The notes: generated by a model from the letters alone, not told the origin. A stretch of DNA of 63,383 nt, filler included, from Reticulomyxa filosa (GCA_000512085.1; 11 parts of 11 records of this genome joined end to end with filler, not necessarily neighbours in it); one strand, 5' to 3'. Counted from the first letter of the whole stretch, positions 1-13,699 are shown. Numbers and translations: made by a program.

Positions 1-163
1 AAAAAAAAAGTTATTAAAAAACAAATTTCATATTTAAAAACTACAAGATTTGTAGATATTTTTTAAAAAAAAAATTAGGTCTAAATGTTGATTTTTCATG
101 GAGAAAATCAATTATCATCATATGATACCGTTTTATGCGTTCAGTTTTCTTTGCAACATACTG
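1..163 (-). mobile_element. MITE-like / Tc1-mariner-type terminal repeat, copy 1 (cut by window start)
   Basis: Reverse complement begins TA|CAGTATGTTGCAAAGAAAACTGAACGCATAAAACGG. It aligns by eye with 10351-10560, 52814-53010 and 62288-62327, and all four share the same terminus after a TA. Confidence 0.7.
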
Positions 164-2006
164 TAGGTATCGAAATGAAAAGTGATGCAATTTAAAAGCA
201 TATACATGAAAATCAAGAAAACAACATATGACACAGAAAAACAAAGAAATGGCTCTGTCACATAGAACTGAGTCCCCTAATGCCATGAACCAAAAAAGGT
301 ACCACTAGTAGATTGTAAACCAACAGACATGCACCGATTATCTTTTTTTTGTTTAATTTAAATACATCATATCATAGCGCAAACTTATGCAAACTGAAAC
401 TGTGCAATCAATAGTATTATAAAGATATTTGATATTTATCCATAGCATTTATAACATCTAATTGACTGATACATTATTTTAAATACGCAAGTATTTTTAA
501 TGAATGATGTTTATGATAAATCAGAAACTATCTTATGATCGTCAATCAGGTTGGATATTCGCTCAAATCACCGCAGATTTTGCCATCATGCAACAACGCT
601 GTTGCGATTGAGCTTTCAATTACTTGTTTACATTGCAGGCAATGATGCGTAATACCATTATTGCTTATCTAAGCAATATAAGTATGCTAAAAAAAAGGGT
701 AAAACGAATAATCTGCACATGTACACATATAGGATGTGGTGTGAAAAAAAGATAAATATAGATATTTATATTTGTTACGTATAACGCTTAAACATGTGCA
801 TTAACGATATCCAATTTGATTTAGAGCTTGATACTACATTGTTGTGTACGTTACTGCAATGGTATATCAATGACGATGTCGATGCGAAAACTAGTCCTGT
901 AAGCGTGGAAATTATTTCAGCAAAGTTATTGTTTGTATGTTGCTACGAATGAAGAAATATATTTCAGTCTAGTCAATAACTGCAATACTTAAAAAAAAGA
1001 AAATAATTAAGAAAAGAAAAGAATACAACATATATCTATTTTTGTACTACTTTTTATTAACTTAAATACACAATAATACATTATAATGTAAAGTAGATTT
1101 GACATATAAGACTGCACATTATATAGATAATTGATTTTCTTCATGAAAAAACAACATCATTACATATTTTTTAAAAAAATTATATACGAATATTGTAGTT
1201 TTTAAATATAATTTTAGTTTTTATTAAGTATTTACTAATTATTTCATATTTTTTTTTTAGTTCAGTATATTTAAATATTGATATTTTTATCATTTTAATT
1301 TAAAGGTGTAGATAGAATGAGTCATACTAGGAAGAAATAAGTAACCACTTACTGAAATTTCAACAATAAAAAAATCAAAAGTTAGTAGTATATAATTTTG
1401 TGATCTGGAATGATATGGTCTTTTTTTCATTATTTTTGCTTAGTCAATATTTTGTGTAATGAAAATAGTGCAATCTTCCTATTTTGACCTCGTCATTGCA
1501 CCGCAGCATGAAACACAAGAAGATCGTAAAAGTGATGCAATGGATAACAAAAAAAATAGTAATTTTGAGCTCATTCGGGAGTCTAGCACAACAAAGACAA
1601 AATCACAATAATCATGCATCTTAAGTTTTTGACTTATCAATAATGAATTTTTCAACGTTTTTTTAAATTAATTATTATTTATTCAAGTAAATAGTTATTT
1701 TGTGGTTGTGTGAGTTTGATTTTTTTAAACAATTTTTTGCTTTCTTTTAAGTATTATGTCCTTTTTTTTGGATAAGGCGGGCTAACTGGTTTCGCAAGGT
1801 TAACACTTATACGCTTTGCATCATTAAAAAAACTAGGTTCGATTTTATTCTTGGTATATCAAGATTCCACTTTGGAAATTATTTGAAATATTAATTTTAT
1901 GGCAACCTAGCCATAATCGTTAAAAAAAACCTTAATCTGAAAACAGAACATGCTTTTTTTTGTGGCACAAGTATGCCTAACAACTAAGACTCCAGCTACT
2001 TTGCTA

Positions 2007-3559
<1,553 letters not shown>

Positions 3560-3788
3560 CTTTATTTTCAAAAACAAAACAAAACTGCAACTTTGTTGAG
3601 CAAATGGAATGCAAATATATCTCACCTTTTGTAAATTGCAAAAGACGTTCAATTTGAACCACGAAGTCGCCGACATGTTTGCGTTTGCAGCCCAAGGCCC
3701 TGTTACAGTGTGAGAAAAGCATCAACAATTGGTTGAAACAAAAGTGTATATTTTTGCAAGGGATGAGAGAGACGAGATAATGACTAAC

Positions 3789-5254
3789 TTGCCGTGATGT
3801 CCAATGTGATCGGCGATAAAAGTAGCAACAAAATCGTAGCCGTGGCCATAGCCTTCTTGCCACCTGCAATTTACGTGGATTCCCTGTGTACGATATTGTA
3901 TTCGCATTGCATTGTTGGTTTCAAAACACGTCAGACAGAAGACAAGAAAACGAATAAGAAGATTGAATAACTGATTGTTGACAAGCCAAAACAAAAGCCT
4001 TGACACGCAATTGATCGTGTTTGTCTTGACCATCGGCCAAAAAACTGTCGGCAGCGCCCTAAAGCAAAAACAAAAGGACGTATCATCAGAAGGGATGGAA
4101 TTGTGCAATAATCCAAAAGAGGAAAGGGATTAGAACACAGCATAGATTAGATGCGAGTACCTGATCAATCAATATTTCAAAATCTTTTCGTCCTGAATAA
4201 TGCAATGCCAATTCAGTGGCGTCGTATTCTTTCCATTTCTCCACGTTGTCTCCCAAAAATCCTTTGAAGGCTTTTTGACCCCATCGAGAGTTGATTGGAT
4301 TACAAACCGGCGAAAAAACGCTGATCGACTGTGCAAGTGTTTCCAATATTTATGTCATATGTTTTCCTTTTTTGCTCCAAACGCAGCGCACCTTTCGTGT
4401 GTTGATGTTATGAAATTTTAACTTTGTATGTTTTGGGGTTTCGAAGAAACACAATCAATGCGCCATGTCCGCCCACGCTGTGTCCGCACACTAAATAACA
4501 AACACGACAACAAAATCGTTTGTTCTTTCACAAGTCGAGAAAAAGACATTTTATCACACCTCCCACATTCTTGGTGTCCAAAGGCAATTGTGCTTGCTTT
4601 GACTCTTTCGTCTCTTCGTCAGTGTAAGTGTACTTTTCAGAAGCAATCAAATGTGGCAACTCCTTGGTGACGTAGTCATACATCACGTAGTGCTTTCGCC
4701 AGGGGTTTTCCGTGGCATTCACGTAAAAACTGGCACCCAAACCGAAATCCCAGTCCTTGTTCTCTCCTTCAATGTTGGCCCCTCGTGGTGAGGTGTCAGG
4801 CACAACCAACGCCAATCCCCATTCACTCGCGTACTGTTCAGTTCAAACTCATCTCACGCTCACTACTCTTCCTGCGCTCAAAGTAGGCAAAGAGCTTAAC
4901 TCGTTGGGCTCCGCTTTTAAAAAAAAAGTTGTCCTCGTTGCATGTCAAGCCAGACAAATAATACAAAATTGGAAATTTGGTCGAATCATCGTGAGGCTAA
5001 TCAACACAACACAATCTTCGGTCAATTAAAACTCAAACGTACAACTTCGTCATTATTAACTGTTGCAGGCAAATACACGTTAAATTTTGCTAACAGGCCA
5101 CCTAAAGCAACACTTTTGTGCTCGAATTTCTATACAGTTTTCACAAGTAAAACGTTGTACAAGCTATCGCTGTAAAAGCACGATTCATAACTTGCACATA
5201 GCCTCCAAAGCATTTTGAAGACTGAATCCTATGGAAATGTGTATCCGAAGACAT
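3789..5254 (-). CDS. ESD: S-formylglutathione hydrolase (esterase D), multi-exon; N-terminal half of a predicted fusion protein
   Basis: ATG at 5254. Spliced translation includes [94 protein letters not shown] and [21 protein letters not shown]. The Ser-Asp-His triad is present. Confidence 0.93.
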
Positions 5255-6029
5255 CGTGAAAGCGAGTAATATTTAATGTTGCCGCAGTATTAAAAAATCC
5301 TAACACGTACTCTAACTTTCTTTTTTTAAACACGTACCAAGTACAAAGAGTGCAAATTTATTTATTTAAAGAGCACAAACTAAGCGCAAAAAATAATATA
5401 ATACAAAAAACTCCTCTTTGTAAAGTAGAAAAGTTGTATATTGCGCCATTGCCATTTTAACTTTGCTGAAAAGTTGCTCAGCATTTACCAGTTTCAGGCA
5501 AATTTTAAATCCAGGCCAATGCTAATACCACGTTAATATAACATGATGATATCAACAAATTACACCCAAACTTATGATTTCAGCCACAAAAATAATATAA
5601 ATTGAGTTAATACAATACATTTTACTCGTTTTAAGAATGAAAGCCAATAAAACATTCGGTTAACCGCAGACGGTTCGAATATGATCGCTAATCTGATCAA
5701 CCTATGTGAATAAATAGACGCAGGCAGCTAAACTGATGGCAATATGTTATATTAATATGTTTCGCGATGTCAATAGGGCAATTATAGTTAAATGTTGAAG
5801 TACAAAGATTTTTGCAAAAACCAACAAAAAAGTCAATCGGAGCATAGTAAATAAAAATTGTCAGTTCCTTTAACTCAAATTGAAAATTTTATAACATCTA
5901 TTTGAGGTTTTGTATACCATTTCTAATATAAATTGGATTAAGATTAGCCTGTTTAAATAAAAAAAAGTGAAAGTTGACAGGTTTTTTAGTTGTAAATCTA
6001 AAAGGGCATTACACCAGAAAAAAATCAGA

Positions 6030-6608
6030 ATGCCCTACCATAATAATCAATACGGGGACGGTTATAAAGCAGTATTGCTGACATCACTATTAGAATTATT
6101 CCTTTGTGTGTCTTCTGTTCGTTCTGGAGACTTTTTTTATGCTTGGGTTTTTGGCGTGGCTTTTTTGGTACATTTGTCTATTGCATTTGCATTTAAAACC
6201 CTGACAATTGAAGACGAAAAAAAGACGCATTTACGCATTTCCTTTGGTCCATTGAATTTGTTTTGCTGTCGCCAAACTATAAGTTTGCGCTATGACGAAA
6301 TTGCGTACTTTGAGGTGCTTGACAATGCCAATCGAGCACATCACCACGGTGTACATGTATTGGGCTGTAAGAATATGACTTACCTTTATTCTAACACCAA
6401 ATTTTGTCATGCCCATGAAAACCGCGTATTTGTTTTTGCCATTAAAGAAGATAGCGTATACTCGAAAACTGGATGTTTGCCTCGCCGCTTCAAAGAATTA
6501 ATGCTAGTAACCACCGACGTTCAAAACTTGGAAATACATTTGCAGAGAATGGGCGTTTTTGAGCGTCGTCAAATCGGGGCTGAAAACGAAACTCAAACTT
6601 TAATTTGA
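6030..6608 (+). CDS. Hypothetical intronless membrane protein with two N-terminal TM helices and a possible PH-like beta domain
   Basis: Open frame of about 192 aa from ATG 6030. Two hydrophobic stretches are followed by FKTLTIED...LRISFGP...ISLRYDEI. Confidence 0.6.
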   Translation: MPYHNNQYGDGYKAVLLTSLLELFLCVSSVRSGDFFYAWVFGVAFLVHLSIAFAFKTLTIEDEKKTHLRISFGPLNLFCCRQTISLRYDEIAYFEVLDNANRAHHHGVHVLGCKNMTYLYSNTKFCHAHENRVFVFAIKEDSVYSKTGCLPRRFKELMLVTTDVQNLEIHLQRMGVFERRQIGAENETQTLI

Positions 6609-7011
6609 TTTCATTTTTTCAATTAGTATTTGTTCAAAATTTTCTTGGGAATGCATATGGTTGACACGATATTATTTTTTCAGAGTCAAAATTCCTAATG
6701 CGTCGGACAAATCCAAAGTTTATTAATCAAAATGTTCATACTCGTGACTTTGGATTGTCTTATTTTGTTCTGTTCAGCCATATTGTGAATTGCGAGCCAC
6801 TTTCCATTTTCATAATTTTTTTTATTTGACTAGAAGCGCTCAATATAACGCTTACTAAATTTTTTGTGGCTATATGGAAACACATCCAAAATAAACAGTT
6901 GCAAAAAAGTGTAGTAGTCTGTTAATTTTTTCAAAGAACTGGCCGTTCATGACGTGCCTCTCGTTTTAAAGTTAAAAAAGTTTTAACTGTTGTGAGTAAA
7001 AAATTTCTAAA

Positions 7012-8864
7012 ATGGCCGAAAATGATAAAAATCAACAGCCAATACAGATAGATTTTAATGATGAAGATGATTTGGCGATGCTATCACTACTGGCACAATT
7101 AGAATCTTCAGCGCAAAATCCTCAGCCAAACGAAAAAACAGACCAGGAAGAGGATAGTAATGCAGTTTGGAAAACGTCTGGAATTTCGGAAGACGTTCAG
7201 AACATCTTGTCCACATTATCTCCATCTCTGCAGGAACTGTACACCTACGGTGTTGATATTCATTTTCTGAACTACTTAATGAAAAATAACTTTACAAAAT
7301 GTAGGTTGATATTTACACATTGATGTATCAACAAAAGTTTTTCATTTTTTACAATCGAAAAATCGTGTTCAAAAATTTTCTTGATTGTTTTTGATAACCG
7401 ACAGTCGAAGAGTTGCTATGCATTGATCCTGAACAATATGGCAGAATATCTCCTTATAAACAGGAGGTTAGTCGTTTTTGATTTTCTGATAATAGATAAG
7501 TGAAAAGCATAACCAATAAAATTACTTGTGAAGCTAATGCTATCTCTCGTAATGTGTGTGAACAAAAAAAGGAGTACCATCACTTGCAATTAGTAATTTC
7601 TGATAAATTTAAATGCGAGATTTATAATCTATTTGACGTCAATGAACAGCTAAATACGCATTGTATACCAACAGGAATTTATAAGTATGCATTTGTGCAC
7701 CACACAATCAAAAAGGAGAGTTTATTTAGTTTATATCCATTGTGGCATGTGTATGTGTGGTGAAATGGTACTAAGCTTGGATCAACATTTGAATGGCGGG
7801 ATTATGACTCGCCAAGTGACTGAAATCACAGGTTGTGCTAACAGTGGAAAAACCTGTCTTTGCTATCAAATCATGTTGTATGCTATACTCTTTGAAGTGC
7901 TTATTGCACGTCAACAGCAGAATCCTCAGCCAGTTGATGATACTAATAAGAGCAATGATCCATCCACATCAAATGAGAAAGCGGAAACAGATCAGATAGA
8001 TTCAAATCAAATCCATGAAGCGATTCAAAAAGAGGTGTCCCGTTTTTACAATGTGATATTTATCGACTGCAGTAACGAATTGAATATGACACGCTTTGAG
8101 TATTTCATCGATGTATTCATTAACAAATTCAACTTAGTTGCAGACTTCAACGACCATAATTCGGAATCAATACACCGCCAAACTTATAAAAAAATATTCT
8201 AAAACATGTTTGGCACTACAAGGCATACACTTTCATGCATCTCATGCATGTTATTCAACAAGTGGAATACAAAATAAAAAATGTGTGTATTTAAATTATC
8301 TGCTTCGTTCCTTTCAACTAACACAAAATGTTAGTAATATTTCTTTTTGTTTGATGCCCTCTTTCGTTTTGTGACAGCGGAAATATGGAAGCAAAGTTCA
8401 CTTAATTGTTATTGACAACATGGCCATTAATATACTGTTGCCCGCGATTTCTGGTGGATTTAGTGGACGAAACGATGTGTTGAAATTAGGTTATACACTC
8501 AAGTGTATGGCATATGAACATAATTTGAGTATTATCACTACAAATTTTGTTTCAAGCCAGCCAAAGCTTCGGTCGAATTTTTGGCTCTCAAGCAATACGC
8601 AACTCGGATATCTCTTGGACAATTTCGTTCATACGAGATTACATTTAATGTTGGAAGGAATGAAAAACACTATTTGTATTGGCCTGACCAAATCTCAATC
8701 AGTGGTATCGAGTTTGTTTATTTTTTAAGTATTCTGCTCATTACAGGAGGAATATCACAATTTTTTAGTTTTAATCTATTCAATTGTTTGTGTAACAGGC
8801 CACACAACAGTTTGCAACGACCATAATCGAAAAAGGAGAAATTAGTGACAAAGAAACAGCTTAA
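7012..8864 (+). CDS. RAD51 paralog (RAD51D-like RecA-family ATPase), multi-exon
   Basis: IPTG and SLDQHLNGGIMTRQVTEITGCANSGKT (Walker A), VIFIDCSN, HLIVIDNM (Walker B), LKCMAYEHNLSIITTN. Last exon ends ...SDKETA* with TAA at 8862-8864. Confidence 0.8.
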
Positions 8865-10350
8865 ATTTATGACTAATTTATTGCTGTACTAGTAACATAT
8901 TGTCAACAATCTATTAGCGATTGTGCTTGAGTGTATTCACAGTTTGCTTGTCTATCATAAATTAAATTAGTAAAATCAAAAAATATTACATTCTCTCCAC
9001 CAACGAAAAATTTTCAAAAAATTTTGTGAAATGTATATGATTATAATAAAATGTAATTGCAAAGTATTTTGAAGTTTGCTAACATTCGACAATGTCGTTC
9101 AGTTTTTAAAGACAGATCAAATCAATAGTAGATCATGAATAGTATCAAAACAGTTAGAAATTATCGCAACTATTGCATATAAGTATATTTTATTTGGAAG
9201 ATTGCTATTGAATTGCTAATAATATTGTTATATAAAGAAATTCAAAAATTTATTTATTAAATAATAAAATAGGAAAATTTTCAGATTAATCGATTTTAAG
9301 CTACAATAAATCTATGAATGTATCTTTACTTCATGTTGTTTCATTTGCTTGGCTAGTTGTGAATGTATAAGTGAGTTTTCATATGGTTTTCGAAGATATT
9401 ACGACAATTTGATTGCAGTCTTTTATTGACGGCGTTCGATTGCTATGTAAATATAAATACTACTGGTGGAAGCTTTTCCAGTGATATTTGTTTTGCTTGA
9501 CGGTTCAGTTGCAATCTTAAGATATATTAATATTGATATGTCATATCGAATTTGACATTTTGAGATGCTAATTCCAACAAATTTTTACTTGAAATCATAT
9601 AGTCATTATTGCATGATTTATTATTTTTTTTGGAAATATGTAATAATTCATCATTTTCAATTTGCCACAAAAGCTGTTTTTTAAAATAGTGTTCAGGTAT
9701 GGACTAGTTGAACACTTCAACATATTTCAAGAGTTCATTTTGAAATTCAAGAATCGATATTTTGAAAGAAATTTTGGTTAGAAAATTTTTTGGACATTTG
9801 AATATTCAAATATCAAAGGAGCTTTTATTGGTTATTGACACAGTATTAATTTGATATAATTGTGATAAATATTTATTGATATTTTTTATTATATTGTTAT
9901 TTTTTATTTTGTTATTGGAATTAAATATTTATTGGGAATAAAGAAGACAATAAAATGATCAAGCAATCATTGGTAAATGCACGATAATTTAGTAAGCTAA
10001 AATCACAATATAAAGTTTTTTTACTGAATGGATAAATCTTATTAAAAAAACTTGGTTATATATGACAAATTGACAAACAAAGCAAATAGAAATTTGGAAC
10101 TAGCGAAAGTGAAAAAAAAATTATTTTAATAATTGAAAATTTTGAAAAAAAAGTTGTATTTTGAAGAAAATTAAAGTAAAACACTAGATACTGCAACATC
10201 CAACAATATGATGAAATTTTTTTCTTTTTCATTTTTTTTCAAAATAAAGAATGACAATAATTTGCAATACAGAATATCAGAAACAAGCAAAAATAGCAAA
10301 TAAGATTTAACTACTTTAAGTCAATCAGATAACTTTACACCTTTATGATA

Positions 10351-10705
10351 CAGTAGATTGCAAAAAAAACCGACATACCTAAATGGCACTATATGAAGAG
10401 AATCGATTTTCTCCATGAAAAATAAAGATTTAAACATAATTTTTTTTTTAAATATATACTAATCTTGTAGATTTTAAATATTAAATTGGTTTTATAATAA
10501 GTTTTTTCTGGTTGATCAAAAATATGATTTTTTGAAATGATTTTTAAAAATTTCGAATGAGTTCATATAAATTGAACATAATATTTATCACAAAAACATT
10601 ACTTCAAATGCACTATCAACAGTCCGATAATCAACGACTCGATTTTGAAGAGAAAAAATAGCAGAAAAAGTGTCAAAATCAGTTTAGTTAATTTTACAAC
10701 AAACG
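10351..10705 (+). mobile_element. MITE-like element, copy 2 (diverged; right end uncertain)
   Basis: TA|CAGTAGATTGCAAAAAAAACCG...GATTTTCTCCATGAAAAAT...CTTGTAGATTTTAAATAT matches the reverse complement of 1-163. Confidence 0.6.
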
Positions 10706-10945
10706 CAACTGAACTATGATTAGTGATGTCATCCAAACTTGTTTCAGAGACGCAAATTTCACATTCTTTACATTACATCAATTTCTATAAAAAATTTTTG
10801 TCTTGTCTTGACGGAAAATCGCATGGACACACCATTTATCAAAAAAAGTTATTTCATTGTTGTAGTATCTTTTTTTTTTTTTTTTCGATGGAAGGTTATA
10901 AGACCCCGCCCCAACGGGACATAGCCCAACCTCAAAAAACGTAAA

Positions 10946-11045
10946 NNNNNNNNNNNNNNNNNNNNNNNNNNNNNNNNNNNNNNNNNNNNTTAATTAATTA
11001 ANNNNNNNNNNNNNNNNNNNNNNNNNNNNNNNNNNNNNNNNNNNN
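10946..11045. other. Artificial contig linker N44-TTAATTAATTAA-N44 (first of 10)
   Basis: Identical linkers occur at 13091-13190, 15719-15818, 18974-19073, 22511-22610, 40506-40605, 42150-42249, 47095-47194, 60558-60657 and 62188-62287. The 12-mer gives stops in all six frames. Confidence 0.99.
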
Positions 11046-12100
11046 CAATTGAACCGGAAAATGCAACCAACTCTATTTCACCAATCAATAATGCTCAACG
11101 TCGCCCGCGAGCTCACGATGGAAAAGCCAAGTTGCGATTGTGCGTACGCACACGACCAAGCTTCCCTTGTTCTTTGACGCTAGTTGATCGAATTTCGACA
11201 TAATCTTTGATACTGTGCCGCGCCAAGAGTTATCAGCAGGACTTTGTGCACCTAAGTTGAAGTCAAACAAATATTTCTAATGCTTCGAGTTGACATTGCC
11301 AAACTCATTTAGCATTTTCCATTGTGGCGTGATATGTGAAGCTAGTCTGCGCCCGCAATTGGCGAATTTGCGCTTTTCTGGATATGAAGTAAAATTTCAT
11401 AGCCAAGTTCAACAAAACCTGTCTACTGTTTTTTTTCTTCTTTCAAATAAATTCAACACGATAAGGTCTTGTTATTTATTTTCTTATCTTCTTCGTCGCC
11501 TTTCACTTTTTCCTCCATCCAATCGCCGCTGCCGTTACGACACCACAATTTTGATATCGTTTTCACTTTGCTCGATACCACAACGCATTCCTTTTTTATC
11601 TTCTCGGCGAACTGCTTGCAAACTGGAAAGCGCCAAGACTCGATTGTCAGATATTTGCTCGCACTACCTACTATCAGCACACACGATCAAATATCCAAAG
11701 TTGCGACTACGCGCAAGTATACGATAAGTTTGATATTGCGATCGGTCTCCTCTACTCGACTGCTGTTCCAAGTCATAAAATTGCACAACGATCGACTTTC
11801 ACTTGTTTGTCGTTGCCATACTGTTCAGACACTTCCATGGTGGCGCTACGGGAAGTCAGTCTATTATTGAAAGCACGCAAAGCATCCACTTGTGTACGTG
11901 AAGAGCCAAAAATTTTTTTAAACAAACACAACATTCATATCAACACAAATTCTTCTAATTATCTTTATTATCTTCATCATAACTTTCATCTTTCTATTTG
12001 ACCGGCCTTGACTTGATTTTCGCAAACTTTTCCAACAACTTTAGCAACTCGCACATTAAACTATCTTCAGTGTCAATGTCGCCGTTGCGATGCAAATGTA
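11046..12100 (-). repeat. Degenerate interspersed repeat (decayed coding-like sequence), related to 42250-44600
   Basis: Shared blocks with contig 8 include GATCGTTGTG..AATTTTAT.GACTT, TATCGTGTT.AATTT and CTCGAAG.A.T.GAAA. All frames are broken by stops. Confidence 0.55.
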
Positions 12101-12936
12101 AATGTTTTTTTCTTTTTTTCTTATTTTCTATCTTTTTTCTCTTTGTTTTTTTCCTCTTTTTTTTTCTTTTTTTAATTTTTTATCATTGCAATCTTTTTTT
12201 TATTTTATTTTTCTTCTACATTTCTCAACATTTTTTTTTACATTTCTTTTTAATTTCTTTTATCCATTTTTATTTTTCTTCATTTTCTTTAAAAAAAATT
12301 TTCAACCACATTTCCCCCTACCCCCCTTTCCATCCTTTTAAATTCATTTTCCCCTTTTCAATATATTTTCTTTTACAGTCCCTTTTTTTCTCATTCTTTT
12401 TTCCACTTCTTTTTTCCTAATTTTTCAATCTATTTTCCCTTCCATTTTCTTTCCTCCCAAATCTTTCATCTCAACTTAAATAAAAATGAAAAAGTAAAAA
12501 AAAACAAACTTTTCTAATCTTTTTTTTTTGATCATTGAACATATAAATACAATAATAAATTGAAATACTTTTTTCATTTTTAAAAAAAACATACACAAAC
12601 ACACTTTTACACCGGAGCCAAAAGCTCCAATCCAATCATCTTTTGTAACGGGTAGGGTAAACATAATTTTTTGTTGGTGGGGAGCATGCCTATTGACAAA
12701 TATACAATCATTTGAGAAAATAAAATAAAAATAATAATAAAATAAAAATACAAACTCTTTAATTTTTTTTTGAATGCGTGGTTTCAACCCCAAAATTTTT
12801 ATTTGTATGGAGTTTGGATTGGTACGTACACGTTTTTTATTTTTTTTTGACAGATGGGTTGAGGCTGTAATTGAACAACAGACAAAATTGATTATGTTAA
12901 AAAAAAAATTTATAAATAAATAACAAACCTTTGTTG

Positions 12937-12971
12937 CTCCTTGCGGAGACGGGGGGCCTTACCCCATATTC
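12937..12971 (+). repeat. Conserved GC-rich double-hairpin motif, copy 1
   Basis: CTCC-TTGC-GGAG AC GGGG-GGCCTTA-CCCC ATATTC. The same stems occur at 22212-22248. Confidence 0.7.
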
Positions 12972-13190
12972 AATATATATTTTTTTTCTTTTGTTGAAGG
13001 ATGCATTGCACCCACACACAAAAATTATCATTTTTTTATCAAAGTACGAAATCTGTTCAAAACAAACACAACATTCTTTTAAGTTACAAANNNNNNNNNN
13101 NNNNNNNNNNNNNNNNNNNNNNNNNNNNNNNNNNTTAATTAATTAANNNNNNNNNNNNNNNNNNNNNNNNNNNNNNNNNNNNNNNNNNNN

Positions 13191-13550
13191 ATTTGAAAAG
13201 ATTGTATTGCATTGACATTTAGTGAACGCAAGATCATTTGTCGGTTGATTATCGGCAAAATTAGATTGAATAATTATTTGTACAACATCTAAAGATCAGA
13301 TTCTCCTGATTGTATTTGGTGTGAAGAAGAAGAAACTGTCGAGCATTTCCTGATGGAATGTTTGCGGTACATTGAATTATGTCGCAATTGGTGGACAAAT
13401 ATCCAAGAATTGCTTCCAGATATCAATCTATTGTCCCTGCCAATGAAACAATTCATTATTGGGGATCGATCGTAGAAACCAGATGTGTAAAAGCAGCAGC
13501 CAAGTTCGTAGTCGATACCAAGAGAAAAATTTGAATAATTGTCAAGTTTT
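13191..13550 (+). mobile_element. Non-LTR retrotransposon 3' remnant (C-terminal CCHC zinc finger of ORF2), pseudogenised
   Basis: KIICRLIIGKIRLNNYLYNI*RSDSPDCIWCEEEETVEHFLMEC is a CX2C..ETxxHxxxxC motif typical of the C-terminus of LINE reverse transcriptases. In-frame stops are present. Confidence 0.8.
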
Positions 13551-13699
13551 CTCAAGTAAATCTCAATTTAAATTGAAATAACTTTATTGTTTTTCTTTTG
13601 ATTATTTTTTGGTTGGTGTAAGATTTTGTGTGTCTTTCTTTTGTTTTTGTTTCTTTTTTTTGAGTACTGTGTTCTATTTTTTAGAACGAGGTGCTCTTT

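Noticed and set aside
540-680. Minus-strand LRIIACNVN resembling a retrotransposon endonuclease start
   Set aside because: It is too short and immediately interrupted by stops, so it cannot be supported.
10946-11045. Palindromic TTAATTAATTAA repeated ten times between N runs
   Set aside because: It is an artificial six-frame-stop linker. Gene adjacency across linkers has no biological meaning.
11998-12420. Phe/Leu-rich 'membrane protein' ORFs (also 21297-21794 and 12476-12793)
   Set aside because: These are translations of T-rich low-complexity tracts with no real coding signal.
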